The notes under the pieces: model-generated
Seen by the model: only the letters and a program-made list of their open reading frames with translations
The model's database searches: none
Told to the model about the DNA's origin: nothing
NCBI GenBank assembly: GCA_035249805.1
Contig: DATFFY010000179.1
Span: forward strand, 1 to 34,293
DNA length: 34,293 nt
Origin: Acidimicrobiales bacterium
GTDB taxonomy: Bacteria > Actinomycetota > Acidimicrobiia > Acidimicrobiales > VFJN01
Direction of reading: 5' to 3'
Program-made: the position numbers and the translations under genes
In this document: piece by piece, positions 21,191-28,117 of the stretch
Numbering within the stretch: the stretch's first letter is position 1
Layout: each line of letters starts with the position of its first letter

Positions 21191-22204
21191 CTACTCGACC
21201 GTGAAGGCCCTGAACATGCCGTGGCCGCCCATGTCCTCCGGGATGGCGTGCGGTGGTCCGCCGGTCCGGTCCTGGACGAAGCAGTACACGATGTACGTCC
21301 GACCCGATTCGAAGCCCTCCGACACGGTGAACTGGCCGCCCAGGCCCGTGCTGTAGACGCCGCTGAAGCCGAACTCGTCGTCCTCCGGCTCGACGGCGCC
21401 CTCGGGCGGGCCCGTCTCGCTGAACTGACCGGCGAACGAGGTCTCTGCGGTCTCGACGTCGGTCCCCTCCGGCATCAGGCTGATGCCGGCGAAGTGGATC
21501 TGCTCCGGGCCGGTGTTCTCGAAGTTGATGGTCGTGTCCCCGTCGGCGACGTCGACCTCGAAGCTCCAGTCCGCGGCTGTGATCGTGCCGTCGGCCTCGG
21601 GCAGCTCGGCGGCGCCCGTGGCGGGACCCACGGTGACGACCTGGGCCATGCCCCGGTTGTAGTGGAGCCGCTCGGGGGTGACGGGCTCCTCCTCCTCGTC
21701 CTCGAGGTCCGACTCGCCCTCCTCGGCCTGCTCCTCGGCGTCGCCGTCGAAGCTGCACATGAGCGCGTAGGTGCCCTCGGAGATGAGGAACGTGGCCGAC
21801 TCGGTCTCGCCCGCGGCGGCCTCGACCGGCACGGCCAGGTTCTCCGACTCGGCGGGGATCGGCCCGCCGCCCTCCCCGGCGAACACGGGATCGAACTTGG
21901 GCAGGAACTCCGTCAGCGGGGTGTCGCCGATCTCGACGAAGGCGGCCTCGTGCTCCACCTCACCCTCGTTGGTGAAGTTGATCGTCACCAGGCCGGCGTC
22001 GAGCTCGGTCGGGGCCTCGGAGAACGCGTAGTCCACGCCGGTGACGTCGATCGTCTGCGCTTCGACCTCCTCCTCCGCCGTGCCGCCGTCGTCGGCCTCC
22101 TCGACGGGTGTGGCGTCGCCGTCATCGTCGTCGCCGCACGCGGCCAAGAACGACGTCAGGAACGTGAGGGCCACCAGCCCTCGGAGCACTCGCCTGCTTC
22201 CCAT
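21191..22204 (-). CDS. secreted acidic lipoprotein with two cupredoxin-like repeats
   Basis: 337 codons from MGSRRVLRGLVALTFLTSFLAAC (signal peptide plus lipobox), with a GGAGGGG Shine-Dalgarno. There are two internal repeats, each with INF-N-G...H and later Y..C...H....GM...TV, a pattern reminiscent of type-1 copper ligands. The cupredoxin call is inference. Confidence 0.68.
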   Translation of the reverse strand: MGSRRVLRGLVALTFLTSFLAACGDDDDGDATPVEEADDGGTAEEEVEAQTIDVTGVDYAFSEAPTELDAGLVTINFTNEGEVEHEAAFVEIGDTPLTEFLPKFDPVFAGEGGGPIPAESENLAVPVEAAAGETESATFLISEGTYALMCSFDGDAEEQAEEGESDLEDEEEEPVTPERLHYNRGMAQVVTVGPATGAAELPEADGTITAADWSFEVDVADGDTTINFENTGPEQIHFAGISLMPEGTDVETAETSFAGQFSETGPPEGAVEPEDDEFGFSGVYSTGLGGQFTVSEGFESGRTYIVYCFVQDRTGGPPHAIPEDMGGHGMFRAFTVE

Positions 22205-22291
22205 GCATCCCCTCCGGTGAATGGGCGCTCCCCGCCGCGCCTCGTGGTGTTGGTCGCGGACCCTAGACCCTGTGCCAGACTCGTGACGGAT

Positions 22292-22306
22292 CTGACACAC
22301 CGTCAG
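22292..22306. promoter_or_regulatory. CTGAC-N5-GTCAG palindrome, copy 3
   Basis: (T)CTGACACACCGTCAG(A) lies immediately 5' of the AGGAG Shine-Dalgarno, 11-25 nt upstream of the DUF35 ATG (22317). Confidence 0.45.
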
Positions 22307-22316
22307 AAGGAGTGCG

Positions 22317-22748
22317 ATGACCACGCCCGTACCGGCCGTCGACGGCTGGTTCACCACCGACGAGGAACCGCACCTCCTCGGGACGCGCTGCACGTCGTGC
22401 GGCACCGTCTTCTTCCCCCGAGCCGCCGGCTTCTGCCGCAACCCGGGCTGCCGCGGCCGCGACTTCGAGGAGGCCGCGCTGTCCCGCACGGGCACGGTCT
22501 GGAGCTACACCGACGCGCAGTACCAACCGCCGCCGCCCTACATCCCGCCCGGCGACGAGCACGTGCCGTTCGCGCTGGCCGCCGTCGAGCTCGCCGCTGA
22601 GCAGCTCGTGGTGCTCGGGCAGGTGGCCGACGGCTACGGCGTCGGTGATCTGTCGGTCGGGGCGCCGGTCGAGCTCGTCGTCGAGCCGCTGTACGAGGTC
22701 GACGGCGTGCCCCACCTCATCTACCGCTGGAAGCCGGTGGCACAGTGA
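22317..22748 (+). CDS. Zn-ribbon / OB-fold (DUF35) protein
   Basis: 143 aa. It has a CxxC...CxxxxC ribbon (CTSCGTVFFPRAAGFCRNPGC) followed by an OB-fold segment. There is a GTGA overlap with the downstream thiolase-like gene. Confidence 0.85.
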   Translation: MTTPVPAVDGWFTTDEEPHLLGTRCTSCGTVFFPRAAGFCRNPGCRGRDFEEAALSRTGTVWSYTDAQYQPPPPYIPPGDEHVPFALAAVELAAEQLVVLGQVADGYGVGDLSVGAPVELVVEPLYEVDGVPHLIYRWKPVAQ

Positions 22749-23941
22749 CGGCGCCTGCTGCGATCGCGGTCGCCGGGGTCGGCATGCACGAGTGGGGGAA
22801 GTGGGGTCGCCCCTTCCACGAGTACGGCATCGAGGCCGCGCTCCGAGCCCTCGACGACGCGGGCATCGGCTGGGACGAGGTGCAGTTCGTCGCCGGGGGC
22901 GAGACCGTCCGCAACGGCTACCCGGGCTGGGTGGCCGCGTCCACCCTGACGCAGGCGCTCGGCTGGAACGGCGCGCGCGTGGCGTCGTCCTACGCCGCCT
23001 GTGCGTCGGGCGTGACGGCCCTCGACGCCGCGCGATCGAGGATCCTCGCCGGCCTGTGCGACGTCGCCCTCGTCGTCGGCGCGGACACCACGCCGAAGGG
23101 CTTCCTGGCCCCGGTGGCGGGGGAGCGGTGGGACGACCCGGACTGGCTGCGCTTCCGCCTGCTCGGCGCCACCAACCCGACCTACTTCGCGCTCTACGCC
23201 CGCCGGCGGGTCGACCTGTACGGGGCCACCGACGCGGACTTCGCCAAGGTGAAGGTGAAGAACGCGCGGCACGGCCTGCACAACCCGTACGCGCGCTACC
23301 GCAAGGAGGTCACGGAAGAGGAGGTGCTGGGCAGCCCGATGGTGGCCGACCCGCTCCGCCTGCTCGAGATCTGCGCGACGTCCGACGGCGCCGCGGCCGT
23401 GGTGCTCACCTCGATGGACTACGCGAAGCGCAAGGGCCTCACCGCGCCGGTGCGCATCCGGGCCGTGTCGACCGTGACGCCCCGCTTCCCGAACACCGTC
23501 ATCGAGATGCCGAACTTCGCCACGGACTCGGCCGCCGCGCTGGCCCCGCCCGAGCTCACCTTCCGCGACTCGATCGCCGCGGCCGCCTACGACGAGGCCG
23601 GTCTCGGTCCCGAGGACCTCGGCCTCGCCGAGGTCTACGACCTGTCGACCGCCCTCGAGCTCGACTGGTACGAGAACATCGGCCTCTGCAAGCCGGGTGA
23701 GGCCGAGCGCCTCCTCAACGACGGCGACACGTGGATCGGCGGCCGCATCCCGGTGAACCCCAGCGGCGGGCTGGCCTGCTTCGGCGAGGCCGTGCCGGCC
23801 CAGGCCATCGCACAGGTCTGCGAGGTCACGTGGCAGCTCCGCGGCCAGGCCGAGGGCCGCCAGGTCGACGGCGCCAAGGTCGGCCTCACGGTCAACCAGG
23901 GCCTCTTCGGCCACGGCAGCTGCGTCATCCTCTCTGTCTAA
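22745..23941 (+). CDS. SCP2/Ltp-type thiolase-like protein
   Basis: 398 aa with a GTG start. It is thiolase-fold (SSYAACASGVTAL, NPSGGLACFGEAVPAQ), of the nonspecific lipid-transfer / Ltp type that partners DUF35 proteins. Confidence 0.87.
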   Translation: MTAPAAIAVAGVGMHEWGKWGRPFHEYGIEAALRALDDAGIGWDEVQFVAGGETVRNGYPGWVAASTLTQALGWNGARVASSYAACASGVTALDAARSRILAGLCDVALVVGADTTPKGFLAPVAGERWDDPDWLRFRLLGATNPTYFALYARRRVDLYGATDADFAKVKVKNARHGLHNPYARYRKEVTEEEVLGSPMVADPLRLLEICATSDGAAAVVLTSMDYAKRKGLTAPVRIRAVSTVTPRFPNTVIEMPNFATDSAAALAPPELTFRDSIAAAAYDEAGLGPEDLGLAEVYDLSTALELDWYENIGLCKPGEAERLLNDGDTWIGGRIPVNPSGGLACFGEAVPAQAIAQVCEVTWQLRGQAEGRQVDGAKVGLTVNQGLFGHGSCVILSV

Positions 23942-23946
23942 GTGCC

Positions 23947-23967
23947 GAGGGGGGCTGCGCCCCCCCT
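23947..23967 (+). terminator. GC hairpin after the thiolase-like gene
   Basis: GAGGGGGGC-TGC-GCCCCCCTC lies 6 nt after the TAA. No T-tract. Confidence 0.55.
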
Positions 23968-24036
23968 CAGCGAGACCCCCATCGCCGACACGCAGCGACG
24001 GCGAGCCCCCTGTCGGACCAGCCCGCGCTGCGTCGG

Positions 24037-24534
24037 TCAGCTCTCCTGTTCTTCGAGCAGTCGGCGCAACGTGGGCAGCGTCAGCTGGTCCTTCGGCCGA
24101 TCCGCCGCGGCCTTCGAGCGGATGACGTCGGCCAGCGACGCCACCTCGACGACGACGCCGAGCACCTCGTCCAGGATCGCGTCCCGATGGAGGTCGTCGT
24201 AGCCGTGCGTGCCGGCAGGCAAGATGGTGAGATCGAGGTCGCCATGCGGCGTTCGCAGGTTCCACACGGTGGCCCTGGCGAGCGACGCGGCGTCGTGGGC
24301 GAACTCGACGTCCTCGTCTCCTGCACGCACCCGGGCCCCGATCGAGCGCAACGCGTCCGACAACCTCTCCAGGTTGGCGGCGCTCATCTCCGGCGTGATG
24401 TCGAGGTCGAAGGTCAGATGCGCAGAGCCGTGGTAGATCGCCGCGAACCCGCCGACGACGACGAACCTCACCTCGTGCTCGGACAACGCTCGGAGCATCG
24501 CCTCCGGGTCGAACGCTGGACTGGTGTCGCTCAT
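24037..24534 (-). CDS. minimal nucleotidyltransferase-fold (Pol-beta superfamily) protein
   Basis: 165 codons from MSDTSPAFDPEAML. It has an NTase signature, GG-x13-DLD (VVGGFAAIYHGSAHLTFDLDI), a second acidic motif HGDLDL, and a C-terminal DVIRSKAAADRPKD. The ATG overlaps the stop of the HTH gene (ATGA). Confidence 0.7.
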   Translation of the reverse strand: MSDTSPAFDPEAMLRALSEHEVRFVVVGGFAAIYHGSAHLTFDLDITPEMSAANLERLSDALRSIGARVRAGDEDVEFAHDAASLARATVWNLRTPHGDLDLTILPAGTHGYDDLHRDAILDEVLGVVVEVASLADVIRSKAAADRPKDQLTLPTLRRLLEEQES

Positions 24535-24866
24535 CCGGCGCGCACCCGTCTGCGACGCCTCTCGCCTGCCTGCCTGAAGCCCTCGGCCAAGCGGATCGCA
24601 CCGAGCGACCGCCGCACCCGCTCCTCCGCCGGGAGCTCGGCGTTGGCCTTCACCTGTCCCCACTCCTCGGCGTCGAACGGGACGAGGCGGAGGTGGATGT
24701 CGAACCCGCAGGCCTGCGCCACCTCGGACAGCCGCGCGAGGGTGGGGGAGCCGTGGCGTTCGATGCGGGCGATGGCCGATTGGGTGGTCCCGAGCCGCTC
24801 GGCCAGCTCCGTCTGGGACAAGCCCGCCCGGCGGCGGACCTCGCGGATGAGGTGGTTGCCTCGCAT
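24531..24866 (-). CDS. XRE-family helix-turn-helix protein
   Basis: 111 aa. IREVRRRAGLSQTELAERLGTTQSAIARIERHG is a canonical Cro/C1 HTH. It lies upstream of, and overlaps, the NTase gene. Confidence 0.85.
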   Translation of the reverse strand: MRGNHLIREVRRRAGLSQTELAERLGTTQSAIARIERHGSPTLARLSEVAQACGFDIHLRLVPFDAEEWGQVKANAELPAEERVRRSLGAIRLAEGFRQAGERRRRRVRAG

Positions 24867-24875
24867 GCAGCCAGC

Positions 24876-24908
24876 ATAGCGCGATCGCTATGATAGCGAC
24901 AGCGCTAT
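24876..24908. promoter_or_regulatory. tandem operators ATAGCG-N4-CGCTAT x2
   Basis: ATAGCGCGATCGCTAT (24876-24891) and ATAGCGACAGCGCTAT (24893-24908) are 1 nt apart and lie 10-42 nt upstream of the XRE ATG, in the divergent region facing the VOC gene. Confidence 0.55.
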
Positions 24909-24944
24909 GTTCCCGAACGACCGGGGTTTTGGCAGGCTGGGGGC

Positions 24945-25337
24945 GTGCCCGTGCAGCTGAACCACACGATCGTCCACGCTCGTGACGCGGCGGCCTCCGC
25001 CGCGTTCCTCTCCGAGATCCTCGGCGTCGAGGCGCCCGGTCGGTTCGGGCCCTTCCACGTGGTCGAGGTCGCCAACGGGGTGTCCCTCGACTACATGGAC
25101 ACGCCCGAGCCGCACCCGGTGGGAGGTCAGCACTACGCCTTCCTCGTCACCGAGCCCGAGTTCGACGAGATCTTCGGGCGCATCCAGGAGCGCGGGCTCG
25201 ACGTCTACGCCGACCCCGCCGGTGAGCTGAAGGGCCAGGTCAACCACAACGACGGCGGCCGGGGCCTGTACTGGTCCGACCCCGACGGCCACTGGCTCGA
25301 GATCCTCACCGTCCCGTACGGGGGATGGCCGGCGTGA
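24945..25337 (+). CDS. VOC (glyoxalase/bleomycin-resistance/dioxygenase) family protein
   Basis: 130 aa with a GTG start. LNHTIVHARDAAASAAFLSEILG ... HYAFLV ... LYWSDPDGHWLEI is the typical VOC beta-alpha-beta-beta-beta pattern. Confidence 0.83.
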   Translation: MPVQLNHTIVHARDAAASAAFLSEILGVEAPGRFGPFHVVEVANGVSLDYMDTPEPHPVGGQHYAFLVTEPEFDEIFGRIQERGLDVYADPAGELKGQVNHNDGGRGLYWSDPDGHWLEILTVPYGGWPA

Positions 25338-25343
25338 GGTCGG

Positions 25344-25802
25344 CTAGGCCAACCAGCGGCTGAGCGACTCGACCACGCACGCGGGCTTGGCCCCGCCCTC
25401 CACCTCGATCGTGATCGTGATGGTCGTCTGCACGCCGCCGGGGATCTCCTCGACGGCGGCGATCTCGGCGCCGCCGCGGATGCGGCTGCCGACCGGCACC
25501 GGCGCGGGGAACCGGACCTTGCCGGTCCCGTAGTTCACGCCGGCCGACGCGGCGGGCACCTGGAGCAGCTCGGGCAGGAAGCGGTTCGACAGCGCCAGCG
25601 TGAGGAAGCCGTGCGCGATCGGGCCGCCGAAGGGGCTCTCGGCCGTCGCCCGCTCGGCGTCGACGTGGATCCACTGGTGGTCGCCGGTGGCGTCGGCGAA
25701 GAGGTTGACGCGCGCCTGTTCGACCTCCATCCAGTCGGTCCACCCGAGGTGCGTGCCCGCCGCGCCGCGCAGCTCGTCGAGCGTCTCGAAGACGGTGGCC
25801 AT
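25344..25802 (-). CDS. MaoC-like (R)-specific enoyl-CoA hydratase / hotdog dehydratase
   Basis: 152 codons from MATVFETLDELRG. FADATGDHQWIHVDAERA...GGPIAHGFL is the MaoC hydratase motif. There is a 1-nt overlap with the SDR stop. Confidence 0.88.
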   Translation of the reverse strand: MATVFETLDELRGAAGTHLGWTDWMEVEQARVNLFADATGDHQWIHVDAERATAESPFGGPIAHGFLTLALSNRFLPELLQVPAASAGVNYGTGKVRFPAPVPVGSRIRGGAEIAAVEEIPGGVQTTITITIEVEGGAKPACVVESLSRWLA

Positions 25803-26581
25803 CAGGCTCGCTGCGAGGACACGGACACGACCTCGCCGGTCATGTAGGTCGAGTAGTCGCTGGCCAGGAACGCGATCACGGTCGCGATCTCCCATGGCTC
25901 CGCGGCGCGTCCGAAGGCCTCGCGCTGCGTGAGCTCGTCGAGCAGCTCGTCGGTGGTGACCTTCGCGAGGAACGCGTGCATCGCCAGCGACGGCGCGACC
26001 GCGTTCACGCGCACGCCGTGCGGCGCCGCCTCGATCGCGGCCGAGCGGGTGAGCGCCATCACGCCCGCCTTCGCGGCCGCGTAGTGGGCCTGCCCGGCCT
26101 GCGCCCGCCAGCCCAGGACCGACGCGTTGTTGACGATGACGCCGCTGGCCTGCCGGTACATCTGGCGCAGCGCGGCACGGGTCATGCGGAACGTGCCGGT
26201 GAGGGTGATGTCGATGACCCTGTCCCACTGCTCGTCGGTCATCTCGACGATGTCGGCGGTGCCGCCCAGCCCGGCGTTGTTCACGAGCACGTCGACCCGG
26301 CCGTGCTCGGCGACGGTGCCGTCCACCAGCGCCTGCACCTGTCCCTCGACGGTGACGTCGCACGGCAGCGCGAGCGGGCGCCCGCCGGCCAGCTCGGCCA
26401 GCTCATCGGCCGCCTCCCCGAGACGGCGCTCGTGCGCGTCGCTGAGGACGACGGTGGCGCCCTCCTCGATGCAGCGCCGGGCCGTCGCGTTGCCGATGCC
26501 GGTCCCCGCCGCGGCCGTGACGAGCACGACCTTGCCGGCCAGGAGGTCCCGCCCGGACGGCGGCGAAGGGACAGTGGTCAC
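25802..26581 (-). CDS. short-chain dehydrogenase/reductase (3-hydroxyacyl-CoA dehydrogenase-like)
   Basis: 259 codons from GTG. It has TAAAGTGIG (Rossmann), NNAG and YAAAK catalytic motifs. There is a GTGA overlap with the ACAD stop. Confidence 0.9.
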   Translation of the reverse strand: MTTVPSPPSGRDLLAGKVVLVTAAAGTGIGNATARRCIEEGATVVLSDAHERRLGEAADELAELAGGRPLALPCDVTVEGQVQALVDGTVAEHGRVDVLVNNAGLGGTADIVEMTDEQWDRVIDITLTGTFRMTRAALRQMYRQASGVIVNNASVLGWRAQAGQAHYAAAKAGVMALTRSAAIEAAPHGVRVNAVAPSLAMHAFLAKVTTDELLDELTQREAFGRAAEPWEIATVIAFLASDYSTYMTGEVVSVSSQRA

Positions 26582-27771
26582 GTGGAGTCCTTGGGGAGGC
26601 CGAGGGCGCGCTCGCCGATGATGTTGCGCTGGATCTGGTTGGTGCCGGCGTAGATCGTGTCGCTGCGGCTGAAGAGGAACAAGCGCTGCAGCCGGCTGTA
26701 GTCCGGCGAGCCGTCCGGGAAGGTGGCCGTCCGGAGGGTGGCCTCGGCGCCGAGGACGTCCATGGCGAGCTCGCCGAGGTCCCGGTGGACCGTGGCCCAG
26801 AAGAGCTTCGTGACCATCGCGGCGGGTGACGCCTCGGGCGACGACGACATGATCCGCATGGCGTTCAGGCGCATCAGCCGGAGGCGCACCCACGTGTCGA
26901 CGAGGCGCTGCCGGATCACCGGGTCCTGCACGCGGCCGTTGTCGCGGGCTCGGGCCAGGATCTCGTCCCACTCGTTGAGGAACATGAGGTTCTGCCCGAG
27001 CGTCGAGGCGCCCCGCTCGAACCCGAGCGTGCCCATCGCGACGCGCCAGCCGCCGTCCACGTCGCCGACGACGTGCTCGGCCGCGGTGCGGGCGCCCGAG
27101 AAGAAGACCTCGTTGAACTCCGAATCGCCGGTGACCTGGTGGATCGGACGGATCTCGACGCCGTCCTGCCGCATCGGGACGAGCAGGTACGAGATGCCCT
27201 TGTGCTTCGGCGCGTCGCGGTTGGTGCGGGCCAGCACGAAGCACCAGTCGGCCCAGTGGGCCTGGCTCGTCCAGACCTTCTGGCCCTCGATCACCCACTC
27301 GTCACCATCGAGCTCGGCCTTCGTCTGGATCGACGCGAGGTCCGAGCCCGCTCCCGGCTCGCTGTAGCCCTGGCACCAGAGCTCGGTGCCGGCCACGATC
27401 CCCGGAAGGAAGCGGGCCCGCTGCTCGTCGGTGCCGAACGTGATCAGCGTGGGGCCGAGCAGCGTCTCGCCGATGTGCCCGATGCGACCTGGCGCCCGGG
27501 CCCGCGCGTACTCCTCGAAGTAGACGACCTGCTGGTGGAGCGACAGGCCACGGCCGCCGTGCTCCTTCGGCCACGCCACGCAGGTCCACCCGTGCGCGCC
27601 GAGGTGGCGCTCCCAGGCGAGCCGCTCCTCGAAGAGGCAGTCGTCGTCGCCGGGCCCCCCGCGGCCGCGCACGACGGCGAAGTCGCCGCGGAGGCCGTCC
27701 TCGAGGAAGGTGCGGACCTCGTCTCGGAAGGCCTCGTCCTCGGCCGAGAATCTCAGGTCCATCCGCGGCAC
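26578..27771 (-). CDS. acyl-CoA dehydrogenase
   Basis: 397 aa from GTG 27771; an alternative ATG at 27762 gives MDLRFSAEDEAF, parallel to the ACAD at 9724. It has GYSEPGAGSDLAS and IYAGTNQIQRNIIGERALGLP. Confidence 0.88.
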   Translation of the reverse strand: MPRMDLRFSAEDEAFRDEVRTFLEDGLRGDFAVVRGRGGPGDDDCLFEERLAWERHLGAHGWTCVAWPKEHGGRGLSLHQQVVYFEEYARARAPGRIGHIGETLLGPTLITFGTDEQRARFLPGIVAGTELWCQGYSEPGAGSDLASIQTKAELDGDEWVIEGQKVWTSQAHWADWCFVLARTNRDAPKHKGISYLLVPMRQDGVEIRPIHQVTGDSEFNEVFFSGARTAAEHVVGDVDGGWRVAMGTLGFERGASTLGQNLMFLNEWDEILARARDNGRVQDPVIRQRLVDTWVRLRLMRLNAMRIMSSSPEASPAAMVTKLFWATVHRDLGELAMDVLGAEATLRTATFPDGSPDYSRLQRLFLFSRSDTIYAGTNQIQRNIIGERALGLPKDST

Positions 27772-27784
27772 CGTACCGCTGGAC

Positions 27785-27799
27785 CTGACGGGCCGTCAG
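27785..27799. promoter_or_regulatory. CTGAC-N5-GTCAG palindrome, copy 4
   Basis: CTGACGGGCCGTCAG is the exact reverse complement of copy 2. It lies 14-28 nt upstream of the ACAD start. Confidence 0.45.
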
Positions 27800-27818
27800 A
27801 TCTTCTCGAGCGCTCCGC

Positions 27819-28103
27819 TCAGGACTTCACGAGGCGCTCGATGGCCTTGGTCGCCTCGGACACCATCCGGTCCTTGTGGTCGGTGTCGCCCCCGGCGGCG
27901 GCGTCGGCGACGCAGTGGCGCAGGTGCTCGTCCACCAGGCCGACGGCGACGCTCTGCAGTGCCTTGGTGACCGCGCTGACCTGGTTGAGGACGTCGATGC
28001 AGTACGTGTCCTCCTCGATCATGCGCTGGAGGCCGCGGACCTGCCCCTCGATGCGGCGCAGGCGGGTCACGTAGTCGGCCTTGCTCATGTCGTAGCCGGG
28101 CAT
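27819..28103 (-). CDS. csoR: copper-sensing CsoR-family repressor
   Basis: 94 codons from MPGYDMSKADYVTRLRRIEGQVRGLQRMIEED. The C-H-C ligand signature is present (YC in DTYCIDVL, and H and C in EHLRHC). A GAGGAG Shine-Dalgarno lies 14 nt after the copA stop. Confidence 0.9.
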   Translation of the reverse strand: MPGYDMSKADYVTRLRRIEGQVRGLQRMIEEDTYCIDVLNQVSAVTKALQSVAVGLVDEHLRHCVADAAAGGDTDHKDRMVSEATKAIERLVKS

Positions 28104-28117
28104 CGGATCTCCTCGGA

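Noticed and set aside
22721-24601. 626-aa minus-strand ORF
   Set aside because: It is antisense to the thiolase-like gene and out of frame over the NTase gene. No motifs.
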